This document shows, in pieces, positions 18,516 to 27,161 of a stretch of DNA of 34,067 nucleotides (within the stretch, counting starts at the first letter, position 1; the number at the start of each line of letters is the position of its first letter). The position numbers were made by a program, and so were the translations under genes. Under the pieces are notes generated by a model. The model made no database searches, had not been told where the DNA came from, and saw only the letters and a program-made list of their open reading frames with translations. The DNA comes from a virus. Location: IMG/VR virus record IMGVR_UViG_3300010339_000008, positions 1-34,067 of that record. One strand, written 5' to 3'.

Positions 18516-18714
18516 TTTTTGACTCGCGATTCTTCTGAACGGAATTGTTGCATTGCGTAAGCGCCCAAGGCAGCCGTTCCCGGCCCACCCCGTTTGGATA
18601 CATGAGATTGAAGATGCGCCGCTGCTCATCCGTGCACTGAGCAAGCAACTCGGCTAACCGCTCGCGCTGGAATTGCTCGGTGACGTTTTCACCGTAATTC
18701 ATGTCTAGCTTCAC
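18499..18714 (-). CDS. hypothetical small protein
   Basis: Clean hydrophilic ORF; start uncertain (18714 or 18702). Confidence 0.3.
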   Translation of the reverse strand: MKLDMNYGENVTEQFQRERLAELLAQCTDEQRRIFNLMYPNGVGRERLPWALTQCNNSVQKNRESKNETSG

Positions 18715-18961
18715 GGTTTTCCTTCCATTGAGCCAGCAGGGCGCTCATCTCATCCGGAGTGACTTTCTTCACGCTGGCGTCTTTCTTGATCCTCTGCTCT
18801 GCGCTCTCAGTCACATCACAATGAACATACCACGTTTTGGGGTATTGAATCCACGACATCGGGATTTTCTGCGACTTGACATACCGTCGTAGTTCCTGCT
18901 CCGAGTCCGCCATCAGGCGGCTGAATCCGTTGTGCAAATCTTGAAGGTAAACCATGGTCAC
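18689..18961 (-). CDS. hypothetical small protein (90 aa)
   Basis: GTG 18961 overlaps upstream TGA (GTGA) or ATG 18955. Confidence 0.45.
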   Translation of the reverse strand: MTMVYLQDLHNGFSRLMADSEQELRRYVKSQKIPMSWIQYPKTWYVHCDVTESAEQRIKKDASVKKVTPDEMSALLAQWKENREARHELR

Positions 18962-19140
18962 TCTTCGTCCTCAATTTCCTCGTCGTCTGGGATTTCCTCG
19001 CCACAGATGTCGCAGCAGGTGCCATAGGGTACATCAACTTCAACGGCGGATATCTCCTCGCTTTCGCAACAGCAATTGTCGCCCGCTTCCGTTAGGACGA
19101 CCTCTCCGCGTGCCGTAAATACTTTACGTGCTCTGACCAT
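18958..19140 (-). CDS. small acidic Cys-rich protein (60 aa)
   Basis: ATG 19140 with GAGGA RBS; CCCESEE...CCDIC pattern and acidic tail. Confidence 0.5.
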   Translation of the reverse strand: MVRARKVFTARGEVVLTEAGDNCCCESEEISAVEVDVPYGTCCDICGEEIPDDEEIEDEE

Positions 19141-19255
19141 CGTCGTCCTCGTCGTCGTAAACCCAACCGTCTCCCCCACAAGTCGGGCATACTCCGTTAC
19201 TCCAGCCGCCCCCGCCGCAGGTCGGACAGTCTTTTGTTGCGCAGCACGCGATCAC
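19124..19255 (-). CDS. small zinc-ribbon protein (43 aa, GTG start)
   Basis: GTG at 19255 overlaps TGA of upstream gene (GTGA) with AGAGG RBS; CPTCGGGGW...CPTCGGDGW double CxxC; the rest of track ORF 19124..19453 is Arg-rich shadow. Confidence 0.4.
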   Translation of the reverse strand: MIACCATKDCPTCGGGGWSNGVCPTCGGDGWVYDDEDDDGQST

Positions 19256-19524
19256 AGCTTCGCCTCTTTGATCCCATACTGCTCTAAAGCCGACCAGTCG
19301 CCGACGAAAGGCGGTAGCGAGGCATCGATTCGGATGACGCCCACCCTGACGGTGTAACCGTCCTTCTTCCACACGCGACCGACCCCGGCGATGAAGTTCA
19401 CCGCCCGCTTTTCGCTGGTGAACGGCGGATTGTTTTGTTTCTTGCGGTTCCACGGCGGGTGGATGAGCATGGTGTGATGCTCACCAAGGCTCAGGTATGT
19501 CAGGAAAGTTGCTTTGGATTTCAT
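19252..19524 (-). CDS. hypothetical protein (90 aa)
   Basis: ATG 19524 with GAGGAGG RBS, overlapping TGA of upstream gene (ATGA). Confidence 0.5.
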   Translation of the reverse strand: MKSKATFLTYLSLGEHHTMLIHPPWNRKKQNNPPFTSEKRAVNFIAGVGRVWKKDGYTVRVGVIRIDASLPPFVGDWSALEQYGIKEAKL

Positions 19525-19757
19525 ACATCCTCCTCTTCTTCCGCGTCCAGTCTTTCGTTGAGACAATCATCGCACAACCGTATCGGGGGCTTGACCCGCG
19601 AATCGTACACGGGAATTACATCGTTGCGGCTGCCGCCGCATTCGTCGCATGTGTGCGCCGGACAGAACATCATGTGCGGCGCTCCTATTTTGTAGGAACG
19701 GCCGCAGTCAGGGCATTTCACGGTGTCTTTCTTTGCAAACTTGGCTTTCTTTTTCAT
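19521..19757 (-). CDS. small zinc-finger protein (78 aa)
   Basis: MKKKAKFAKKDTVKCPDCG...CPAHTCDECGG...CDDC: multiple CxxC pairs. Confidence 0.55.
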   Translation of the reverse strand: MKKKAKFAKKDTVKCPDCGRSYKIGAPHMMFCPAHTCDECGGSRNDVIPVYDSRVKPPIRLCDDCLNERLDAEEEEDV

Positions 19758-19878
19758 GATTTCTTTCGATACGCGCCCGTCAGAATGCCAAGCATCCACA
19801 ACGGTGCTGTGACTGTGAGCAACAGCGCAGCCTTGACGCCTGTGACTTTCCGACCGGAATGCAGTACGACTTCTGGCA
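19753..19878 (-). CDS. micro-ORF (41 aa), not in ORF track
   Basis: GGAGG RBS 9 nt before ATG 19878; TGA overlaps downstream ATG (ATGA); hydrophobic core LLLTVTAPLWMLGIL. Confidence 0.35.
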
Positions 19879-19888
19879 TAAATGCCTC

Positions 19889-20179
19889 CTACGGATTCGG
19901 GTTAGATGGAGGAACCATCTTCACCAAAGACTTTGTCCAAAAAAAGAGTCCAACAAGGGAGATCAGAAGTATGGGGCCGCAAAGCTCCAACGCTGGCAAG
20001 TTGCGCATCTCAATCATCACCCATCCTGCCGTGACCGCCGAGCCGGAGAACATGAACATCGCCATGAGGCGTGCAGTGACGGGCATCTTTATCCTGTCAT
20101 AGACATACACGAAAAGAAAAGGCAAGAGCAACATCGTCCCGAACATGGAGTAGATTCTGATGATAGCGAAAGGATTCAT
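19889..20179 (-). CDS. small integral membrane protein (96 aa, ~3 TM)
   Basis: Three hydrophobic segments; AT-richer codons; start overlaps stop of nadV. Confidence 0.5.
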   Translation of the reverse strand: MNPFAIIRIYSMFGTMLLLPFLFVYVYDRIKMPVTARLMAMFMFSGSAVTAGWVMIEMRNLPALELCGPILLISLVGLFFWTKSLVKMVPPSNPNP

Positions 20180-21621
20180 GCGGTTGCGCCAGCAGCCTCC
20201 TCAACATAACGGTCGTAGGACTTCGCCGTTTCGCGGACCTCGTCCAACGTGAAGTCCTTCTTGAGTTCCCCGTCCTCGAACACGGTCTTGAGTTGGTTGC
20301 CGAGGGCGTCCTCCTCCGTGCTCTCGACGGTGTGGAAACGGTGCCCACCCATGTCGATCAGGTTGAAGCGCCCGCCCATCGACGCCTTGGTGATGTCAGT
20401 CACGGGGTTCTTGTAGACGTTGTGCCACACGCCAGAACGGTCGATTGCGCTGCACTTGATGGCAAAACGCATGGTGTCGCGGTTCTGCTGCTGAAGCAGC
20501 GCCCCGCCCATGCCGTAGCCCCAGTTGTCCATTGACCAGCCGTTGCGGATCAGGTGCGAGTTGATCCTCAGGATATTCTGGTAGTTCACGCCGTCGCCCT
20601 GTATGACGCGGACTTGTTTGGGCAGCACCTTCCAGCCCTTGGCGTTGGCCTCAAAGCCGAACTTCTCGGCGACGGAATTGAAGATGTCCTCGATCACGAC
20701 GCAGGGGTCGCCGGAGTCCGGGCGGAGCACCACTGTGCCATTGCGCCGGAGGATTTCCTCCCGAAGCTCCCCGCCGAAGATGTTCTCGACGGCGTTGTGG
20801 GTGTCATAAGAGTCAATGACGCACGCTACGAGGGGCGTAGGGCTCTTGCGAATCTGGTTGCGGTACGCTTCCGCCTCATGCTCCTTGCCCCACGAGCAGA
20901 CCGTGGAGTGCTCCATCGCAGCAATAGAATAGCCGGGCATCACTGTAGCGCCATAGAACTGCCGCAGCATCGGGATCGCCGCCAGCGTATCAGTGCCAAG
21001 GAAATTCACCAGATGCGCTGCGCCGCCGATAGCCGCCGTCTCTCGGGACGAGACCCCGCGGTAGCCGAAGTCGTGCAGCTTGAACGGCAGGAGGCTCGGA
21101 TCGCCAGTGCGGACAAGGTCTTTGCCGATGGCCTGCTTGATCTCAAAGGAGAGCGTGCCGACCGTGATGGGGTACCAGACTTGGAGGAGCAAAGTCTCCG
21201 CCCAGTTGGTGAGCCACGGGAACTCCTCGTCCGTGTTCTGCATGGTCATGAGGGCGTTGTGCGTCTGCACGACCGTGCCTTCCGGGACCGCCCTGATCCT
21301 AAGGGGCAGCTTGCCGTCATGCTTTTCAAGCAGCCGGGTCCAGCCCTTGTAGTTGAACACCTTGTCAGTTCCGAAGTGCGCGGCGGACAGGGCAACCGCC
21401 TCGTCAATATCGGCCTTGGTGAAGACCTTGCCCACGAAACAGGACTTGAGAATGTATTGAAGCCCGAAAAACATCGTGTGCTTCCAGAAGCCGCCGCGGG
21501 ACTGGAGGTACGAATACACAAACCGGGCGTCCGGAGGATACTGCCACCAGTGTGTGTGCTTGTAGCTGTCGGTTGTCTCGAAGATCGGGTTAAACCGCAG
21601 TGCTTGTGGCATACTTGACAA
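20176..21621 (-). CDS. nadV: nicotinamide phosphoribosyltransferase (Nampt/NadV)
   Basis: N-terminus ...TDSYKHTHWWQYPPDA and FKLHDFGYRGVSSRETAAIGGAAHLVNFLGTDT match the conserved Nampt signatures. Confidence 0.85.
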   Translation of the reverse strand: MSSMPQALRFNPIFETTDSYKHTHWWQYPPDARFVYSYLQSRGGFWKHTMFFGLQYILKSCFVGKVFTKADIDEAVALSAAHFGTDKVFNYKGWTRLLEKHDGKLPLRIRAVPEGTVVQTHNALMTMQNTDEEFPWLTNWAETLLLQVWYPITVGTLSFEIKQAIGKDLVRTGDPSLLPFKLHDFGYRGVSSRETAAIGGAAHLVNFLGTDTLAAIPMLRQFYGATVMPGYSIAAMEHSTVCSWGKEHEAEAYRNQIRKSPTPLVACVIDSYDTHNAVENIFGGELREEILRRNGTVVLRPDSGDPCVVIEDIFNSVAEKFGFEANAKGWKVLPKQVRVIQGDGVNYQNILRINSHLIRNGWSMDNWGYGMGGALLQQQNRDTMRFAIKCSAIDRSGVWHNVYKNPVTDITKASMGGRFNLIDMGGHRFHTVESTEEDALGNQLKTVFEDGELKKDFTLDEVRETAKSYDRYVEEAAGATA

Positions 21622-22507
21622 CCTTTCCTTTCAGGATTGCAAACAGAACCCGGTGCTCTGGCACGAAAGTGTTCTCGGTGAGTTGATCAAACTTGAACCA
21701 CCGAACTTGGGCGATGTCGTCCTTTGCCTTCGCTCCCTTAGTCCTCGCACAGCCCTTGAAGAAGGCGGTGGCGATCGCGTGGTCGGGGCTGGCGTTGTAG
21801 CGCCAGTCATCAATGTTGGAAGAACCCATGTATATAAGTGAGGTCAGGTCAAGACCCGTCTCTTCCATGGCTTCGGCGCGGGCAGCCGCCTCGTAGGTGC
21901 CGTGCTTCTTTTCGTAGTGGCCGCCAATGAAGCGCCACTCGGATTCGCCCGGTTTTTGCCCAAGAAGCAATTCGGATTCGTCGTCGCTGAATATGGCGAT
22001 GTCCACGCAGGGAAGAATTTCGGGCCAGCGGTGGTACATGGCATAGATCAGCCCGGCACGGAATTCCGGCGATTCGATGACTTTGTTGGAGAACTCGTTG
22101 CGGATGTCCGTGCCGCTGACTTTCTGGGTCTCGGGGGGCAAAGCAAGCTCCACGGGTTCGAGCTTCCCCGAGTAGTGCGGCACGAACGAATTGCGCCCGC
22201 CGTACAATGTGGCGGTGCCCGGACCAATGACGGAGGCGATGGTGGCGTCCAGTGTGCGGCTCCATTCCTCGTCGGTGCGAGTATCCTGCAACGGCAGCAC
22301 GATAAAGTCGGGGAATTTCGTTTGGATCATTGCGCGGCGGGTGGCGTAATCCAGCGGGTCGTTTTGGCTCAGCCCGCCGGGGTTAATCCCGATGAATACG
22401 ATCACGGCGTTGTGGCGGGCGCGAACTTGGCGGAACAGTTCCATGTGTCCATCATGCAGATCGTTCACCTGAAATCGTCCAACGACGACTCCGTATGATG
22501 GTTTCAT
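21590..22507 (-). CDS. natV: bifunctional NMN adenylyltransferase (NadM-like) / Nudix hydrolase
   Basis: N-terminal GRFQVNDLHDGH (cytidylyltransferase HxGH motif); C-terminal Nudix box GGHYEKKHGTYEAAARAEAMEETGL. Confidence 0.75.
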   Translation of the reverse strand: MKPSYGVVVGRFQVNDLHDGHMELFRQVRARHNAVIVFIGINPGGLSQNDPLDYATRRAMIQTKFPDFIVLPLQDTRTDEEWSRTLDATIASVIGPGTATLYGGRNSFVPHYSGKLEPVELALPPETQKVSGTDIRNEFSNKVIESPEFRAGLIYAMYHRWPEILPCVDIAIFSDDESELLLGQKPGESEWRFIGGHYEKKHGTYEAAARAEAMEETGLDLTSLIYMGSSNIDDWRYNASPDHAIATAFFKGCARTKGAKAKDDIAQVRWFKFDQLTENTFVPEHRVLFAILKGKVVKYATSTAV

Positions 22508-22698
22508 GGCTTGTCCTTACGCCGAGCAGCATCACGCTCCAACAACTCGATAGTCACACACACCCGGTCTTTGGGTTTGAACTTCTTTGGTACAGCGAGA
22601 ACCATCTGATGTAGGAAGCCTTTCTCCACGGATTGGTAGAGTTCTTGGTCTTCGCTAATGCGAAACTCTCCGCGTAGAACGGATTTGACCCGTTTCAT
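22504..22698 (-). CDS. hypothetical small protein (64 aa)
   Basis: ATGA overlaps at both ends with neighbouring genes. Confidence 0.45.
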   Translation of the reverse strand: MKRVKSVLRGEFRISEDQELYQSVEKGFLHQMVLAVPKKFKPKDRVCVTIELLERDAARRKDKP

Positions 22699-23012
22699 GG
22701 CTTGTCCTCATCTGGGAACACTTCCTCAAAAGAGTGTAATTTTCCCGCCCGCAAGTCTGCTTCTAGCGTCGGTGCGGCCCGCAACGCCTGCGCTATTTGC
22801 TCGGAAGACAAGTCGTTCTTGAGTCCCTCTTCCAGTTCCTTCACAGCCTCAGCCAGCGTGTCCTTCTGCTGCCGGGCGTTCTCTGCGATCCGGTGCAGCA
22901 GTTCGTCTCCCTTCCCCTCGATGTGGGCGTCTATCGCCTCGTCCATGGGGATTCCCGTTACCGCTTGGAATGCAGCGGCGAGAGGCGCAAGAGAATCCGG
23001 CAGCTTGCTCAT
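22695..23012 (-). CDS. hypothetical small acidic helical protein (105 aa)
   Basis: Clean hydrophilic ORF, coupled to neighbours. Confidence 0.5.
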   Translation of the reverse strand: MSKLPDSLAPLAAAFQAVTGIPMDEAIDAHIEGKGDELLHRIAENARQQKDTLAEAVKELEEGLKNDLSSEQIAQALRAAPTLEADLRAGKLHSFEEVFPDEDKP

Positions 23013-23185
23013 AATTTTCTCCGCACTTTAATGATAACCCAAACGAGGACGAGAATTGAGAACACAAGCGCCAGAAAAACAAGGATCGGAAGCAGGCGGA
23101 TAAGAATGAAGGCGTGGCTGAGGAGCCAAAGCGTCAGAAGAAGAATCAGAGCCATGCAGCAGACGACGATTGCGGTGGCTTTCAT
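23009..23185 (-). CDS. small membrane protein (58 aa), not in ORF track
   Basis: GGAGGG RBS 7 nt before ATG 23185; MKATAIVVCCMALILLLTLWLLSHAFILIRLLPILVFLALVFSILVLVWVIIKVRRKL (two TM helices); TGA overlaps next ATG. Confidence 0.45.
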   Translation of the reverse strand: MKATAIVVCCMALILLLTLWLLSHAFILIRLLPILVFLALVFSILVLVWVIIKVRRKL

Positions 23186-23406
23186 TTGCCCTCCGGGAAG
23201 AGTTTCTCTTCCAGTTCCGCCATCACGATGGGGTTATTGAGCACAAGGCGGGAAACCGAGTCCCATCTCGTCTGTAGCTTTTTGGCCCTCACCCGGTATT
23301 CCTGAGGTGTCGATGGCTCGTCTGCGATGGCGTACAGGAAGTTCGCCATCTGAGCGCCCACAAACTCCATTGCGGTAATCGGAATACCCTTCTTGCGCTT
23401 CGCCAT
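23182..23406 (-). CDS. hypothetical small protein (74 aa)
   Basis: ORF on the dense strand, coupled to downstream micro-gene. Confidence 0.45.
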   Translation of the reverse strand: MAKRKKGIPITAMEFVGAQMANFLYAIADEPSTPQEYRVRAKKLQTRWDSVSRLVLNNPIVMAELEEKLFPEGK

Positions 23407-23439
23407 TTTGCACCTCTTTCACGTCCAAGTATACCCCAA

Positions 23440-26286
23440 CTAGGCCCCAATCTCAAGCAAGAATCTTGACGGCATCAGCCTAGTCTCTTTGGCGGTGCCG
23501 TCTTGGCTGCGCTGTAATTGGCGCTCCGGCACGCACAAGACCAGCGAGTCCCGAGCCCGTGTACAGGCCACATAGAACAGCCTCCGCTCCTCCTCGATCT
23601 CCTCGTCGGAGCCGAGGGAGAACTTGTGAGGCAGGGAGCCCTCGTACAAGTTAGTGACGTAGACCCGCTTCCATTCAAGTCCCTTGGCCGAGTGGATCGT
23701 GGTGATGGTCACGGAACCTTGGTCGAGCACCTTGATCTTGGCGTCCAGTTCGTCCTTGGTAATCTTGCCCTCGTCATAGGCCTTCAGGACCGCCTCCCGC
23801 TCCTCGGCCTCGTCCCCCTTCGGGCGGTCGAGCGTGAGGTTGAAGATCAGGTCGTCGAGGCTCATGTTCCCTTCCTGCACCAGCATGATTATCATCATGT
23901 TGAACCGTTCGATGTTCTCCAGCTTGCTCTGCACCCTGCCGGGTTCCTTCTTGTATTTTTGCCGAACGTACTCCTTGTAGTTGCTCATCGCCACGACCTT
24001 CTCGACAGCGGCGATGGGGGAATCCTTGAACAAAGATACATGCTCAATGGTGTCGCAGAACATACCGAGCTTGCGTTGCTCGCGGGCGGCTTGGATCAGG
24101 TCCCCGTCGTACTTCTCGTTCGCCTGTTGGCGGATTTTCTCAAGGGTTGCCTCCCCTACGCCGCACTTCGGTGCGCCCGCCGCCCGGACGAGCGCCATGA
24201 AATCCTTGTGGTTGGCGGCCAAGCGCATGTACGCCATGATGTCCCTGATCTCCTCCGTGGTCAGCAAACCCCGCCCGCCGCGGACGACATAGGGAATCCG
24301 CCGCCGTATCAGTTCGCTCTCAAGGTCGCGGATTTGAATCCCCGCACGGACGAGAAGAGCATTGTCCTTGTACGCCAGACCGTTGCGGCTGTCCCGCTGT
24401 ATCTCTTGGGCTATGATTGCAGCGATGCTTTGCGGATATGCAGCAACTATTTTGCGGACCTCGCCATGCTCTCCGTTGATCCCCCGCCACGATTCCATTT
24501 GGATAGGAATAGTGGCAGTCATTTTTTTGCATATCAGATTAGCGAAGTCCACAATCTCCGGGATACTGCGGTGGTTGCGTGCGATCTTGTACAGGCTGGG
24601 AACGACTCCCCGCCATTCCTTGGAATAATTGATGAACAGTTCCGGTGAGGCCCCATTAAATCCATAGACCGATTGATTCGCATCCCCAACTACATACATG
24701 TTTAAGTTTTCCGGATGCAAAAGCCCGTTTATAAATTCCCATTGACAATTCTTCACCACGACACCGTTAGCGACATAAGTATGCCATGTTTGTACGTCCA
24801 GAGAATAAACCCACCCCCTATAGGGAACTCGTTTAACAGCATCAATACGCACCTGTGTATTGGGCTTCGTTGATGGCAGACTCATCAATCCCGGAATAAG
24901 ATTCACAGCACGAGTTTCAAAATATCTCTTCGATGGCAATTTGCGTTTGCCATCTGTCTCTCGTAAAAACAAGGGATACGCGGCCAAAAATTTGCAATCA
25001 ACTAAACACTCTTCCCCACGACCAGCCACATTTGCAAAAACTGTGGTAATATATTTTTGATGCTGTTCCCCGTTTGAGGGCTCGAATTGAGTTGTTGGAA
25101 TCCCGTACCTACAGGAAATGATTTGTTCCCATGCACGGGATTCTTGCTTTGTTTTACAAACACGGAGTATCCAACCCCTGTTCGCCTTTTCTTCTACAAA
25201 CCTCGCTCCTACACCGCCAAGCGACTTATGCTTTGTGTCTTGACAGTACCGTAGAGCACATTGTCCGACTCGATAGCCATACCCCTTACGCCACATCAGA
25301 TAAACAACGTAGCTATCCTCGCCGTCACCGTTAAGCATGGCGTACACCCTGTGGTCAGGCGTCATTCTTACGGTGTTTTCTCCACAAGTCACTTCAATCA
25401 AGTCGCCTTCATACCAACGCTTACCTACCTTGACTGGGGAGCCTTTAGCAGTGAGCTTGCCCCATCGTCGCCGCCATGCGACAACCATATCCCCGGCTTT
25501 CAATTGTTCGATGGGAACTTCGAAAGTCAAAGCCTTACGATTTTTATAGCCGATATATTTCCGAACCAACGTGCCCGGTGGATGACACTGATTCGTGTCC
25601 TGCACCTCATCCATCAAAACGTGGTCAAACTGCCTGTGCAAGACCGCCAGCCAACGCTCGTCCGTACGCATGCGGCGGACGCATAAGTGAATCATGTCGT
25701 CGAAATCTACGACCGAATTTTTTTGCTTCTCAATTTCGAACTCCTCCCAAAGCTCCAGTTCCGTCTCGTCCATGGCGTGGTACCCGGCGTGCATCTTTAG
25801 CGCCTGCTCGTGCACGTTGTCCGTGTACTCCTTGCGGAAGCCTACGCCCCGAGCCCGGTGGAACGAAATTTTGTCCAGCACTTGGAACATCATGGATGTG
25901 GTATCGTCTTCGAATTTATGGCGGTCAATGATTTTCTTCATCATCTGCTTCTGGTCATAGTCGTCGAGCGGAGTGACCTTGTCCTTCAGCCCGAATCCTT
26001 TAGGGTTCTTGCGAATGCCGCTGAGGGCGAGCGAGTGAATAGTGGAAATGCGAGGAACATTATGAGTCGCGTACTCTTCCAAATTCAAACGACGTGCCAT
26101 CTCGTTCGCCGCTTTATTCGTAAATGTGACTGCGCAGATGCGGTTGGGAGCCACACCGCTGTCCATGAGCCAGCGCACCCGCTCCGTGAGGACACGGGTC
26201 TTGCCCGACCCCGCCCCGGCTATGAGGCAGGCTGGTTTGTCCAGCGGATGCTCCACCGCCGCTGTCTGTTCTTCGTTTAACTGCAT
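23440..26286 (-). CDS. UvrD/Rep/PcrA-family DNA helicase interrupted by an intein (948 aa precursor, ~668 aa mature)
   Basis: Motif I CLIAGAGSGKTRVLTER and motif Ia; motif II DEVQDTNQ is followed directly by CHPPGTLV...VANGVVVKN and then CQWEFINGLL, which restores the UvrD motif II continuation. Confidence 0.85.
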   Translation of the reverse strand: MQLNEEQTAAVEHPLDKPACLIAGAGSGKTRVLTERVRWLMDSGVAPNRICAVTFTNKAANEMARRLNLEEYATHNVPRISTIHSLALSGIRKNPKGFGLKDKVTPLDDYDQKQMMKKIIDRHKFEDDTTSMMFQVLDKISFHRARGVGFRKEYTDNVHEQALKMHAGYHAMDETELELWEEFEIEKQKNSVVDFDDMIHLCVRRMRTDERWLAVLHRQFDHVLMDEVQDTNQCHPPGTLVRKYIGYKNRKALTFEVPIEQLKAGDMVVAWRRRWGKLTAKGSPVKVGKRWYEGDLIEVTCGENTVRMTPDHRVYAMLNGDGEDSYVVYLMWRKGYGYRVGQCALRYCQDTKHKSLGGVGARFVEEKANRGWILRVCKTKQESRAWEQIISCRYGIPTTQFEPSNGEQHQKYITTVFANVAGRGEECLVDCKFLAAYPLFLRETDGKRKLPSKRYFETRAVNLIPGLMSLPSTKPNTQVRIDAVKRVPYRGWVYSLDVQTWHTYVANGVVVKNCQWEFINGLLHPENLNMYVVGDANQSVYGFNGASPELFINYSKEWRGVVPSLYKIARNHRSIPEIVDFANLICKKMTATIPIQMESWRGINGEHGEVRKIVAAYPQSIAAIIAQEIQRDSRNGLAYKDNALLVRAGIQIRDLESELIRRRIPYVVRGGRGLLTTEEIRDIMAYMRLAANHKDFMALVRAAGAPKCGVGEATLEKIRQQANEKYDGDLIQAAREQRKLGMFCDTIEHVSLFKDSPIAAVEKVVAMSNYKEYVRQKYKKEPGRVQSKLENIERFNMMIIMLVQEGNMSLDDLIFNLTLDRPKGDEAEEREAVLKAYDEGKITKDELDAKIKVLDQGSVTITTIHSAKGLEWKRVYVTNLYEGSLPHKFSLGSDEEIEEERRLFYVACTRARDSLVLCVPERQLQRSQDGTAKETRLMPSRFLLEIGA
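24748..25587 (-). mobile_element. intein (~280 aa) inserted in helicase motif II
   Basis: Begins with Cys (block A CHPPGTLV), block B TPDHRVY, C-terminal WHTYVANGVVVKN followed by +1 Cys; DNA visibly AT-richer than flanking helicase sequence. Confidence 0.7.
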
Positions 26287-26307
26287 GAATATAAATACTG
26301 AGGGGGC

Positions 26308-26721
26308 TCAGTTGATGTGTTTCTTGCGCTCCGCGTCGATGTCGATTTCGACAATCTTCTTGTCCAGCATCTCATCGACGGAATCAATGTCTTCCACGTT
26401 GCTCCACCAGCACTCGTAGCCCCAGACGGTCTTGCCGTTGTCAAGCTTGATGCGAGGATTGCTGACTGTTTTCTCGACAAACTGGCGAATTTCAGAATCC
26501 GGTGGGTTGGGCAGGGATGGGAATATCTCGTGGGCTCTCTTGAGTTCGGCCTTCCAGAGTTTGAGTTCCTCTTCGAAATTGACAATCGGCGGAATGAAAT
26601 ACCCTTCGTACACGCCGTAGCCAAAGATATAGAGGGTGTCCCCCTCCGCGTGGCTTATGGCGATGACTCGTGTTCCCGGCTTGGGTTCCTGCTCCCGCGT
26701 TAGCCTTTCCATGGCCCTCAC
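26308..26721 (-). CDS. hypothetical protein (137 aa)
   Basis: ATGA overlap with upstream gene. Confidence 0.5.
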   Translation of the reverse strand: MRAMERLTREQEPKPGTRVIAISHAEGDTLYIFGYGVYEGYFIPPIVNFEEELKLWKAELKRAHEIFPSLPNPPDSEIRQFVEKTVSNPRIKLDNGKTVWGYECWWSNVEDIDSVDEMLDKKIVEIDIDAERKKHIN

Positions 26722-27161
26722 ACAGTCGGACGGCGGAGAAGAGCGGCTGGCGCATGGGAAATACGAATGGCTCCCTGCGGCGGCGTGTAGGGAATGGGCT
26801 TCTTGAACCGCTTCGGGTTCCGGATGATGACCACATGGGATTGTCCCAAGGTGCCGACCAATACCGGGTCTTTGTCGTAGAACTTCTGATACACTTCGTA
26901 ATGTTCAAATTCGAATTGCGGCACCACGTCTACGACCGTGGCGTAGCCGACGATGACACCCTTCGGGATGTCGGCCATCTTCATCCGCAATTTGTACTCG
27001 TATGCCCCCCAGTCGTCCATGCGGTTTGAGGACGTGTAAAGCAGGATCGGGCCGCGGTACTTCCAGTTGAACGACAGGGTTTTTACCCGCCGTTTGCCCC
27101 GGAGGACAAGCTCATTCCAAGGCGCTCGGTTCGCAAAAACTGGTACGGTTTCAAGTTTCAT
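26718..27161 (-). CDS. hypothetical protein (147 aa), possibly ASCH/PUA-like
   Basis: LRGKRRVKT near N-terminus weakly resembles the ASCH GxKxxExR motif. Confidence 0.5.
   Translation of the reverse strand: MKLETVPVFANRAPWNELVLRGKRRVKTLSFNWKYRGPILLYTSSNRMDDWGAYEYKLRMKMADIPKGVIVGYATVVDVVPQFEFEHYEVYQKFYDKDPVLVGTLGQSHVVIIRNPKRFKKPIPYTPPQGAIRISHAPAALLRRPTV

Noticed and set aside
19252-19524. Possible N6-adenine methyltransferase (HPPW/NPPF motifs)
   Set aside because: A 90-aa protein is far too short for a methyltransferase fold; the motif resemblance is probably coincidental.
20554-21618. 354-aa plus-strand ORF
   Set aside because: Antisense to nadV, which is unambiguous.
23518-24648. 376-aa plus-strand ORF
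   Set aside because: Antisense to the helicase/intein gene.
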